A stretch of DNA of 64,000 nucleotides, taken from contig CM120640.1 in the NCBI GenBank assembly GCA_051362555.1, positions 53,670,788 through 53,734,787 on the forward strand. The letters run 5' to 3'. Source of the stretch: Lingula anatina. Taxonomy: Eukaryota; Animalia; Brachiopoda. The notes under the pieces are model-generated. The model was not told the DNA's origin. It did not search any database and worked only from the letters and a program-made list of their open reading frames with translations. Position numbers and translations under genes: made by a program. This document shows positions 51,785 to 64,000 of this stretch, piece by piece. The stretch's first letter is position 1; every line of letters starts with the position of its first letter.

Positions 51785-54700
51785 TCATAAATCATCTAAG
51801 CTAGCTTTTTTAGGCTCCGGTGAGATTTTCGTAGGATATGGGGTGCTTGAGGACTTTTCAGTTTTTGCATCAACTGGGGAGGAAGTAGTATGCTTTTTCC
51901 AAGGTAATTTGGCTGATGCAAACAGAGAAGGCTTGCTGCCATGCGTCTTTTCTTCGTGTTCTGGGGCTTTTGGTTTAGAAGTTTCCAGAGGTTCCGGTGA
52001 CAACACCGCCTTCGTCGGAGATTTACTATCAGCAGAACTTTGTGTGTCTGATAGCTTTGCAGAAGTTTCGTCTTTCTCCTCCTTTGCCTTAAAAGGTGTT
52101 ACCGTATCTTTGCTGTCTTTCACTGGAGATCTGGCGGAAAACCTTGAAGGACTGGTTTTCACCTCATCTTTTGTCTTTGTGGGAGTATTAGCATCTTTCT
52201 TCGTCACCTTCTCATTCTCCGTATCACTTGCTAAGTGTTTTTCTGAGCCCCTTACACTCCCATTTTCTGAGTCAGTGGCGGATTTGTCTTTTTTGGTACT
52301 TAACTTGCTTCCATGATCTCTTACTGTTTTCTTCGCTTTGTCAAAGGTCTTGTCAATCTGCCCTGCCATTGCTCCCATTCCTGACTTCGCTGCTGTCACA
52401 GTTTTTCCCGCCATACCGTGAATGCCATGCTTAGCCTTTCCTGCTACAGCGCCCATCTGGGTCTTGGCCTTTCCTGCCATCTGCCCCATTTCAGCTTTCG
52501 CGCGTTCCATAGTCTTTTCTATTCTCGCCTGCATGAATTCCATCCCGACATTTATCGTCATGGATACAAGAGAAAGACCGAGAAATATGTATATGGATGA
52601 GATGAGGAAATAGAGTGGATGTTGTGGGGTCACGTCACCTAGACCGATTGTACTAATAGAGATGAAAATAAAGTAGAAAGCTTCCAAATAGCTCCATTCC
52701 TCCCACTGAATGTAAATAATGGCGCCTACCAAAATGTACACAATCACTAGCAAAAGGGCAAACACGATGGGTATGTTGAAATTTTCATCGATCTCATAGG
52801 GCGTGTTTTTCTTGTCTACTTCACTTTCTGTTTCCTCATTATCCTCGACATCGGTCAACGTGCACCCAGAGGGCGCTGCTTTTATTCGCCCCATCTCGAC
52901 ATCCGAGTGTGACATGCCTTGATTATCTAAACCAAGATCTTTAGGGCTGTGTGTCACCCTTGCCGGCACACTCTGTGAGCTATCAGCTAGACCGTTCTCC
53001 TTTCTTAATCTATTTAACGGAAATGAGAACCGCCTGGTTTGTTTTCGAAATTTCCCGCCGTATGATCTCAGTTGTTTTCCTGTAGCGCGACGCATCTTTC
53101 GGCATCGTCCCGTGTAGTAAAAACGTCGTATATAGGCAAAGAGAATCTTTACTCCTCTCGTGAGGAGTTTACCCAAATCTGCTAGCGTGATGAGACATAG
53201 TGGAATGCCAATCGCTGAATAGACAATGGTCATTACTTGGCCGAAAGATGTAGATGGAACGATGTGACCATAACCTGAAAATGAAGGAAAAGTACAGTTT
53301 TATACATACTGAATTAAAATTTTGTTTTTGCAATATTCAATATGAGTAAAAGGGATAATTGAAAGAATTGCAAGTGTTTGTTATAAGTGTACATATTTTA
53401 TTAAGATTGGAGTATTACTGTGACTCCTGCAAGTCTAGATTTGAAGGTAAATAAATTTTTACGTCTTGTATATGTAAATCCATTTTGACGTTATAGAAGT
53501 GCCTACACGTGGTGAAGTACTCACAGTGCAGGGCAACTTTTTTAACGAAGAGAATTGATGCAGGTGGATCGTTTCATGACAACCTTAAGTGGTTTTTTGA
53601 ATGTTTTTAGAAAACCTGTTCAAGGTTCCTTACAAGAACATTATCCACTGGCTGTGATGAAGCGAGTAAACATGTGAGAATTTCGAACATACGTGCTTAA
53701 TTCAAAAATGGAATCTGGATACTAGCGTATACTCTGAGAAAAGTACTTTTGACAAAAATTCAAGTAAAAGAGACAGATGTATAAGATAAATTGGTTTACC
53801 AAACGATTAATTAGATATTTAGATTCTCAGACTAATCGTAACAGGTTTATAGTTTTAGAGCTATCGCTTTATTCCTATAATTTTTCATATTGGCAATGGA
53901 TCTGACGTGAATTAACTACCAAATCTCAAGTGTCTAATCTCAAATCTCATTCTTACTCAAACCCTTTCAGATAGACACATTGAACTAGTTGGGTCTGTCC
54001 AATTCTTCAGGAATTCTCGCTAAGTGCAACCAGTGGAATCAGCTTAACTGTCTGACACGCCCTCTCGAGCAGCTAGAGGGGTGTGTGCCATTAGGGCGAT
54101 TGCACATGGCGAGAGCTCCTGCAGAGTTCGACCGACCAAACTAGTATGACGTGTCTGTCTGAATGCCCCCTTGCTCCACAAAGGAATGTTATTTTTTGTA
54201 AAGTTTATGTAGGCACGACTCCTGCACATGTCCATAACTGTCTGATGGATTTCAAGTTTTTCTAGAATTATTGAAAGTTTATTCATAGCCTTTGATTTGG
54301 TTTAATTCTAGACATGATAACCTGCTGACATCTGTCTCTCTTTTAACAGCTAGAGCTCTAAAACTTTCTTTAGGAATTACTATCATGCCCTCCAATTAGT
54401 TGAAAACTTTCCTACTCACTAAATCGGTCTTTTATTACAAAATGTGTTCAGGTTAATTATTTTCAAATGTAGTTATTATCAAATACCAGATAGAACCCCC
54501 TTTATCTGTTGTGACCCCCCCCCCCAAGGTGTCAAAAAAAATTGTCAGAAAATACACCAAAAAATTGAAAATGATGACTTGAACACATTTTATTTCTGTA
54601 TGCCTTAATCCTTTTTTTTTTTTTTGCAAAATAAAAGAAAAGCGATTAGAAAAGAAAGAATCGATCCCATCAATCGATTATTACAATAGAAAATGTCGGT

Positions 54701-55500
54701 CAGACTCGAAAGGAGTTTGCTAGTCCAAACATTTTTGCACTGTACCCCAATGAGATAGATAAATAGTTGGCCACGGATATCAATCAGCACGTGCACTTGC
54801 CAGAAACTAATAACAGTTGGCATGTTAATCACCCTACTGCCGTTTATCTTCGGACAAGATTACCAAACACGCTAAAAAGGATTAACTTTATGTGGCTCGG
54901 ATAACCTTAACCTGACCTTCATAAGATGATATGATGAGGATGTTGAATGAATAATATTATTTATTTATATGGTTATCCTAACAACGGGACGCAGGTGCTG
55001 CTGTCTAAATTACATCACTGTTGTTAATACGATGTGCATGGTTCACCACAATTTGCTAGGCCCCATTGCGGTTGTCTTCAGGTCTTTAACAACTGTTGTT
55101 CGCAATATATTGATTTCAACTTGGCACTTGTCTAGTTACCGTTTCTTGCAGTGAGACGTGTGTATGGAAATTCACTAAACAAACTGCACTATTGCAACTG
55201 GACGTATCTTCATTATATAAGAAAACAATTTTAAATGAATCTGAATCTTAAAGCTGAACCTGCTTTTACTGGGCTTTACAAATTCTGATGATTACTCTAC
55301 TAACGGGGCAAATGGCTTGAAGATCCATACAAGTGCATCAAGGGACAAAAAAGCCTAGCTGAACCATAACGTGACAGTATGTTTTCAAACTTGTAGTGAT
55401 GCCTTGGTAGAGCATGGATGGATTTCTTACATTGTATTTAAGATTATGACCTCTACTGTATAATATATTTTTTTTGTACGGCAGTGGTGTATTTGATTAC

Positions 55501-55557
<57 letters not shown>

Positions 55558-58055
55558 TCATAACCCTGAGGCAAAAAGTCTATCTTTAAACAAATTATGT
55601 TGGATATAAATAACAGTGATAAAGCACGGTACACTTAGTGTGGTCTAGGTACAGAGAGGGAAGGTGTTCAAGTAGCAATTTCTTTTCCTTTGAAGTATTT
55701 TTAGATCCCGTGAGGAAATAAATCAATTTTTTTTTCATTTTAAAACGGCTTGTATTTCATAGACTTGGTTATAGAGACTTGTCTTGAACATTACTAATTG
55801 TTTTTTTAAATTATTTATTTTCTTTGCTGATAAGGCCTCTGACTCCTAGGGAAGTGTTTTGTCCTTTTTTATCTCTAATTAGGCATTGTTTGGCAGATAT
55901 GATAGCAAGTGCCCACCCAGTAACTACATGTACCTCTTGATAAACATGTCGGGTGAGACAAGGTAGATTGTTTTGCACTTTCACTACGATATCAATTCGC
56001 GCAACTGAGGATGGGGTGGAAATAGTTACATCAGTGACGCATGTCTTAAAATGTGAAACGGTAAAGGTAGAGTCAGGATGAAAATGACTCAGAAAACTGC
56101 AGTTTTTGATCGCATTGTTGATGTTTTCCCTTCACTCTGTGCTTAATGTTAACTTCACTTATTCAAATTATTTTCTGTGTCGTTTTTTTAATGATGAAGC
56201 CCGTGTGTAAATTCTATCATGGGAATGTTAAACAAATAAAAAAATAAAAATGTAATAGAAAAGAAAACCTAACTTCTGGCTTCTAAAATCAGGCATTGAT
56301 TCTTCAAATAAGCATCACAGTTTGCTTTCACGTCACAAGCCAAACTATTACGTGGGCTCTGTTTGTTTCTTAATTATACATATACTGATTATAGATCACC
56401 CAGTAGGGCGCAGAGGGAAAATACGCTCTGATCCCTGGTTAGATAAATATACGGTAGATTGTTTACATATGTTGATCGGTGGATGAAACACTATAAAGTC
56501 CAGTTTATGACTGATGATCATAACGTTATATGCAGTTGCTGTGCACGCCCGTGTACGTGTTTATATATCTACACAAGACTTGATCCCGCACAACTTTCAA
56601 GGCATTTGTAGATCTAAGTTTTATGAGGACAGTTCATATAAATTTCGACGTGAAAAATACGATATAGAAAAAAACTGCCATCTTCATAACATCATATAAC
56701 AAACGTACCGTCAACTATCCGATGATCATACCCAGAGATATCCTATGTAAAATTATGTATAAGAACATATATCTGACACAACTTATATGCATTTTTTATT
56801 TCTTCACTTGGCATATACCAAATGAACACTACACACATTACACTCTATTTCTCTCTGTGGAAAATACTATACCACTGTTTAAAAGAAATCTTTCGTATAT
56901 AAGCGCAGGTCTATCTTACAAAAAGAAAGAAGATTTGAGATAGAGTTCCCAGATAATACATGTATAAGTCTCTAAGGTTTTTCGTCTTCAAGAAATCCGA
57001 ACTTGTATTATTTCAAAAACTGCACACAATGCTATAAATATCTCCTCAATACAGAAGAAATTAACGGGCATTGATTGCTCATATATATCATCCTGCATAG
57101 CTTCGACAGCCAGTGTGATAACAGACCTGCCAGACTAAAATGCTTATATTATATATGTATTGGAAATTTTTGCGTCTGCTTTTTCTCATTCAATCTGTTT
57201 TTGAAGAGAACAGAGTAAAGTCATGGTTTTTGTTACAAATTAAAACCCGTTTTGATCCAAATACCGTCATTATCCAAGTGAAATCAGGACATAGCATTAC
57301 AAAACATTTAAGGAACACATATAGCTATTAGTCCCACGTTTTCTCTTTATGTATATTGATTAATTTTTCGATAAAAGGAACTTTATAAAACTTTGATTTT
57401 GGTGGGCCTCTAACTCCACGAGGTTATTCTCCCGTTGGGGATAATTTATATCGGCAGTTATATCAATATCATGTAAATATAGGGGCAATAGCAACTGGCG
57501 CAATCATATATCGGTGAATTATTATCTAAAGTGTACCTACTGTACCTTCATTTGTTACTACATTATATATGGATATTACAGGTACTTACCAATGGTAGTG
57601 TACAGCGTTCCACAGTATAAAAGAGCATTCCAATAATTCCATGTTTTTTGGCTAGAGTTCGTCTTTACACCTCTCTCAAACGCTGCATACAAGTCGGACT
57701 GCAAGGCATTTAACTCAACTTGCATCATCCGACTCCAGGATGTAGCATTGTGCACATCAAAGGTAGTTTTGTTCCAAATCTTTATGGTGAAAGTGCTTTT
57801 AATTTCCTCCACAGATGGGCCATCGGTTTTTCCTTCAAGTTCTTTTCTATCTTCCTCCGCTCCTTCAATGGCATGAAAGATGGCAGCCCCAAGGAATGAG
57901 TACACTAACAATATGATAACCAAACCGGCGTGTGATGACACAATCTTATAAATTTTTTGTCCCACATTTTTTAAGCCTGTCCAGAACCGTGTTGGTAACT
58001 TTCCCCACCGTCGAACTCTTGAAGGGAAACGGTTAAATACAGTCGGTGGTGCCAT
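51785..58055 (-). CDS. Two-pore-domain potassium channel (K2P, TWK-18/TRESK-like), paralog B, 2 coding exons, about 651 aa
   Basis: Exons 58055-57590 and 53274-51785. A phase-1 intron (GTAAGT...TTTCAG) splits TTIG|YG at the same position as in paralog A. P1 is WNYWNALLYCGTLYTTIGYG and P2 is FYFIFISISTIGLGD; there is a long Lys/Ser/Thr/Pro-rich C-tail. The start is placed at MAPPTV; a candidate acceptor lies at 58079-58081. Confidence 0.95.
55505..55554. repeat. (CT)n microsatellite in the K2P paralog B intron
   Basis: Perfect run. Confidence 0.98.
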
Positions 58056-61000
58056 GATCTTTGCTGTATCGTAGAAACCTGAATTCCTAACAGCGACAAC
58101 CTCTACATAGAGCCTTAAGATCAAAGATGTGCTTCAACTAGTACATTGATGTCCGCTATCAACGCGCCCTAGCCAAACCATTCGTACGTATTATATGTGC
58201 TATAAGTTTTTCATCTGGAAAGCACAGATAAAAATTGCGGCTAAAATGCAATCTTAAAAAGAAATGTGTTACAATCAAACTTTTCACTGTTCAGCTCCAA
58301 ATTTCTTTTCGTATATTCCTGTTTCTGTGCAATGTACTTCATTTATATACTTACTCAAGCCAACATGTATTCACCTCGTCCTAAGAAAAGCCTGCACATC
58401 ATTCTGGCATAAGGCAGATGGTATGTTGCAATTTTAGTGCCATGAATGATATGGTTATTAACCCTGAGAGTTCTACTATCTACCGACTTGCGAACTACGG
58501 TGTGTTGGTATGTTACTTTCACATGGGCTCGTCAAGACAGGAGAACCGCATGTAAACAACGTCATTTTAGGCCACCTTTGCAATATTTTGAGATGAAGAA
58601 TTTAGATGGTGTCCAAAATGCCCTTTGACATGCCATTACTTGTTTAGATTTACACTAGAGAAATACGGGTGTAGCGTTTTTCATATCAATTACACATTTG
58701 CTATATAATTGATTGTTTTTCAAACCGCTCACGCACGTCGTTTCTGCAAGGTATTTTTTTTCCATTTTGTTCTTATACGTGACATATGTTTCGTCTTGTC
58801 CCTTTTGTAGACTCCATTTTATGTATACAGTATATTACCTTAAAGTTTTGTGACACATACACGTGTCTCAGTGGTCTTTTTTTAATGTACCCATTTCGTA
58901 ATAATTACGTTAAAAAACGAGCATTTGCACTGAAGTAAACGAGGTTAACGCTCTATTACCTCAAGAGATACAAAGTCACGTGGTAATGCATCATCTGTAC
59001 TGTTCACCCTTATAACTAAAGTCACGGTTTATTCATAAATTTGATTTTTATGTAAGGTACATAACGCAAAAGCTGACCTGGGCGTATGTTGGCACAGCAT
59101 GTCTTATTCATAAATCTAGGGGTGTTGCTGTTGTTTTATTTTCATTGAACTTGTTTTGCGAAGTGATTACCACAGGCTGCCAAATTCCGCGCTTCAGATA
59201 GGAATTTCAAATGCTTTCACGGAATAATAGGTCAATATTTACATATTAATGCTTAAGATACATTTATTGTTATAAGTTTATTAAAATTTTTCAAACATGA
59301 ATTCAGACATCCCATTCACAATATTGAGGACAAAATATCACCTAACCTTTCTTTTTAAAGAGATGGTTTACCAAACCGCCACTTGGTATAGGGAACTGAA
59401 CCAAAATAAGCTGTGTCCGCAGGGTGTAAGTATTCGTGCACCTGCTCTGGTTTGCATCTTGTTCTCTTCGCCTACAACAAATTTAGGTGGCCTTCTATCG
59501 CTAAATGTAACTATTTATCGTAACATTTACCTGAACGATGGATAAGAAAATTCGTTAATCTTCTAGAAACGCACCCACTGTGATACCGCAGGTATGAAGA
59601 AGCAAATTAAAAAACGATTATTCATGAGAAAAAATCTATACTGCATTGCCTCTTCCCTCTCAGGTTGTCATTCACCAGGAAGCAATAATAAAAAATTAAC
59701 CTGGGTACAAAATACCATATTTTTGTCGTAATATGACTAATGATGAGGATGTAGGGATTTGGTGTATATTGGTAATAACACTTTTGTGAGTGTTTAGGGC
59801 GCAGAAAGATGAGTCGTATCTGGCAGCTGCATGCAGAAGCAGGCAGGTCTCAGATTATCTAGAGAGAGCCTACTGGTTACGGTACATGATCACTTGACAT
59901 GGTTACATTCCCACATCTGCAGTATTTGTATCTTTGATTTCAAGGTGTCATAGCTGCATGAACAGCGCTGATATCCTGCATACAGAAAGGGAGTGGCAAT
60001 TAAGTCCACGAGAAAAGGGTTTTAAATGATTAGGATACTGGGGCTATAAAATAAAAGCGGCCTTGTTTGGCCATATCTCGAACAACCGATATTCTTTGTT
60101 ACCTTCTTTCTTGTTGCGAATGGGACGATGGAAATTTGTGGTACACTGGGATGGAGGAAACAAAGGGTTTCGTTAACATGTACTCGACACTTGGAGAAAC
60201 CAGGCAAAACCAAATAATGGTGCACACTCAATAAACTCAAATATGTAAAGAGCATGATTTAGCAAATGGCATTGTGCGCAATTATATACATCTTGTTAGT
60301 CCCCAAAGAGACATAGATCACAATCAATATTTTATCAATCGAGCGAGAATCAGTTAAGATGACACGTAAAAAGACGTGGGCACCGCACTAATGTCCTGTG
60401 AGTATCATTATTATAATAGTTTCTAGGATCGGTTATGACTCTGAGCTTTCAGAAAAAGGACAATTTTTGCTATTTCTTCCCTTATTATAGTTAAGAGAAA
60501 TTCCTTTACACCAACGATGTAAATCAATAGACAAAACAATGACACGTTTCTGTTTCATTCGGATTGCAACTTTGGATGAGCGCCGCTATCTAATTGTTAG
60601 GCATAATGGTTACATAAAATATTATTACATGCACAACCATTCCCTCGCGAGTATTAACGTCACTATAACAACGTTCTTAGTTACACGGCGGAATAAAATC
60701 AATACATGGAGAATGTTTTAGAATGACTCAATGACATCGTTGTTCACGTAGTGAGCAGTCTTCATAAAGTCTTTCTATAACAATACGTTCTTTTATTAGC
60801 CAAATGACTTCTAATTCAAAATATTAGGCTATTCTTATTTAGATACATTTCGATGTAAAACTATACACATTTGCTGACGGAGAGGTTTTTTAAATAATCA
60901 ATTTTTCAAAAAAAAAAAAAAAAAAAGGGGGGGGGGGAGGGGGCAGAACAGTCATATCATAATATACTCCTTGGAATCCACCTAGGCAATATAAAAAAAG

Positions 61001-61162
61001 GGGAGTAGTACTTGTAAAATCCGTCTTTTATGAAGAGAGCTTCTTATTTTTAGTTCAAGATAGTTACGGTGACTTATACTTTATCAAAACATTTAAAGTA
61101 AAAGTATATCAAAAACAAATAAGTCTTCTGAAATCCGTGACAATTTATGATGTTCATCCTAC

Positions 61163-62890
61163 TTAAGCATGCACATTATGTATTAAAAACACCAATATGG
61201 GCAAGATTAAATGAATGTTACAAGACTGGCGATTATGATTTCCATTGTTCAGAGGTCTCACAAATGCGAAGTCGTAGGCATTTGACTTGCCAGAATGACC
61301 ATTTGAACTGCTTGGTCCTGATTCGCCAATGTGACCATTTGGGCTTCTGGAATTGCTAGGACCGCGATTTTGCAAGTCAGATAAAAATGGTTTGGACCCA
61401 GTTTTGTCGGGCATCTCATTTTCTGTTTTTTTTATTTGTCTCCGTGTTTTTTCATGTTTCCCAAGGCAGTATCTCCCCATTCCGCTGGGAGCTGGTTTGG
61501 AGCAACTTCTAGTACGGACGATTTGGTCGTCGTTCCTTTGTGTCCACCGACTCCAAGCAGACCAACCTCCATCTACATTCCGTTCTAACCGAAAGAAATC
61601 CGCACAATTAATAATTGGACGTGCTTGGCCAAAGGCAAGTAGGTAAGACATGAAGAAGTAATTCCCTCCGTCCCGCTTATTTTTTACAACTCTACCCCAG
61701 TTCAATGTAACGGGCTGGCGTTGCTTAAATTTAAGGAAGTTGATAGTTTGCATTTTTTCGAATATTGTTTTGCCATGGGGTGAGAGAACGACCATTTTCA
61801 TTTTAAGAGGCTTGCCATCGGACTGACTAGAGAACTTTTTCATCCATTCTTCATGCGGCTTCTTATTCCCCGCGTATGTATTAAAATGCGGGCTGACAGA
61901 ATACATGTAGAAAGATATTCCAAATCCTTGTCCGTCGCCTACCCTGGTGATCCGTGTGTGATCAGGAGGTACCTCCGGCTGCCGTCTCATCAAAGTAACG
62001 CAGTGAGATCTCCAATAGCATTTGAAAGGGATTTTCCCAAAACCAGTCGGGTTTGAATTGCTTGGACACATTAAGCTATGCATGGGTATGGCCGAATATC
62101 CATATGTCTTCAGAATTCTATCTCGGGTTCTCTTTGCAGATCTTTGCAGATCATTTCTAAGCATTAGAGATGTGAATGCTTTTCCGCTTGACTTGGGTCC
62201 CCAGCCGAATCTGCAGCCTATAGGGAACTTAACTCGTATCGGGGACTGCTGTCCTTCTGGATAGCGAATCGTTACATATTTCACTTCACTAAATGAAATT
62301 TTCTGAGATACACCAATTGTTCCAGATATAACAAGCTTCACTGTTACCTCTGCATTTTGTGAATCACAATTGCCACTGCCTGCACGTAACCGTTTGATTG
62401 GTTTTTGTTTACAAAATGTACATAGTGTGCCTTTGAGCGTAGAAGGAGGAAGAAAACCACATTTCTCAGCAAGTTGATAAAATACAGGTGGTATATGTCC
62501 TTGTATATCTTTCAGGACAATCTGGAAAGATATTTGCATATTAGACGGACGAGAGGGTTAAGGTAACTTAATATGGCTAATAGGCCCTAAATGCTCATCT
62601 ACTGTTGGCAGGAAATTTACTTTACACCTCTTTCTCAACCAAAGTTTTATATCATATCATCCGATTAATCAAATAACTAAGTGGGTTTAAATTTCAAACT
62701 AAAAACGTTCTACCTCAACTCGGGTATTTTTCGTGAATACTCCAACGAGCGAAATATTTTCAAAGTCTCTGAAATAACCGCCATTTCCTTCCTTGACAGT
62801 GTGTGGTTTGCAAGTAGCCGTATTTGAGCTGCTTATTGGACGGATGACAACGGAAAACAGCAACGTGAAGGTCAAAGGAAAACCCAACAT
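61163..62890 (-). CDS. Secreted, probably GPI-anchored protein with one degenerate thrombospondin type-1 repeat, 2 exons, about 511 aa
   Basis: Exon 1 (62890-62714) encodes a signal peptide, MLGFPLTFTLLFSVVIRPISS. A 192-nt phase-0 intron (GTAGAA...CTTTCCAG) joins it to exon 2 (62521-61163), which lies in the 458-aa ORF. The product contains VDGGWSAWSRW...RTRSCSKPAPSGMGRYCLG (TSR), a Ser/Gly/Asn-rich spacer and a hydrophobic terminus IHLILPILVFLIHNVHA. The donor site is weak. Confidence 0.82.
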
Positions 62891-64000
62891 GTCCTTTTTT
62901 TTCAATTTTGTGGATACAGCAGAATCTCGTTGCCATGGGCACCAAGCCCTGACGTCACTTTTGTAAACAGCGTTATTTACGTTATCATGGTGCTGCGTTG
63001 GACTCAAACATTACATCACAATTAGCATAGCGCGCGTGCGTGTAATACACTCTTTTATTTAGAATTCCGTCTGTGGATATCCGTAGACTAGATCTAAACT
63101 CGCCCTTCAACAAGAAATCGACACCTTCTAAAAATCAACGAAAGCCGAAAGTACGTGATTTTTTTTTCATTTTTCGCTATTTTCCCGCCATACTTTGCGT
63201 TGTCACGTAAGTTGTAGCGTCTGATACAAAGTATCAAACGCAACAATTGAACTTTTGTATACGACCGGGGATCGAGATGTTGTATAGAAGAAGTTAACTG
63301 AACAGAAATAATGTTTACTTACTTACTTTTCTGTACTTAATGTTCTTGTCGACGTCCTACCGTACTTGGCGCATACTTTCGATCGTATGGGTACCTCAAA
63401 TTTCATTTCTAATTATTGTCACCGGTGTTAAGTTGCAAGTTCAAATGAACCTAAAAATGTCAAATACATCTGCTTTTATGTTCTAAATCTTTAAAATTCC
63501 AACAGGTGCCGTGTCCTTTGCAAGAAGCTTTCCTGGCTGATTGATGTTTTTTTTCACATGCATATAATTCTCTACTCTGGATGTTTATCACCTGCGTAGC
63601 ATCGACGTAGTAGGGACCTATCCCTACAGGTACAATGCACATGGCTTTTGAACGAGTGGTTTCAAACTTAGTGATAATGACAAACTTTGAAAATAGCCAT
63701 ATTAAATGTCCCCGATGGCTTTCCTCTGATTTTCTCTACAATTCATCCCTCACCTGACTGAAAAGAAAGTCGTCCTTATCACTTGAAATTATGATTGTTT
63801 CTTTGTGTTGATTCAATAAAACTTGTGGCAACATACTGGTACTTGCACAGCAGTAGTAGTTTAGGGAGCTGACGCTAGAGACCGTTACAATAGTATTTTT
63901 ACAAGACAGGTTAGGTAACTGATTTTAGAGTTGAATTAGAAACATGCTTAAAATATCCAACTGAAGCAAAGGATGCGATTTTTTTAAATAAAAGCTCAAG

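Noticed and set aside
31805-52613. Plus-strand ORFs antisense to the K2P exons (for example 31805-32152 and 51771-52316)
   Set aside because: They are shadow ORFs of real coding sequence with no independent features.

Overview
AT-rich, intron-containing eukaryotic DNA, probably from an invertebrate animal (inferred from gene content and repeat types; the taxon cannot be fixed from this window). Four protein-coding genes can be rebuilt by hand with phase-consistent GT-AG introns. (1) A 5-exon plus-strand WBP1/WBP1L-like PPxY membrane adaptor (23270-27141, 215 aa), mostly invisible in the ORF track. (2, 3) Two tandem minus-strand two-pore-domain K+ (K2P, TWK-18/TRESK-like) channel paralogs (31579-33864 and 51785-58055) that share one intron position in pore loop 1. 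(4) A minus-strand secreted, probably GPI-anchored protein with an unrecognised N-terminal region and one degenerate thrombospondin type-1 repeat (61163-62890). The rest is non-coding: a decayed RTE-like LINE with its 5' half inverted, a 1.6 kb foldback element with inverted 27-bp arrays, several MITEs, microsatellites, and an apparent excess of the palindromes TACATGTA and TAGGCCTA. The most interesting leads are 11-mer amphipathic (synuclein/LEA-like) repeats in the K2P C-tails, the orphan TSR protein, the inverted LINE, and the octamers as possible transposon excision footprints. Family assignments come from remembered motifs; no database search was run.
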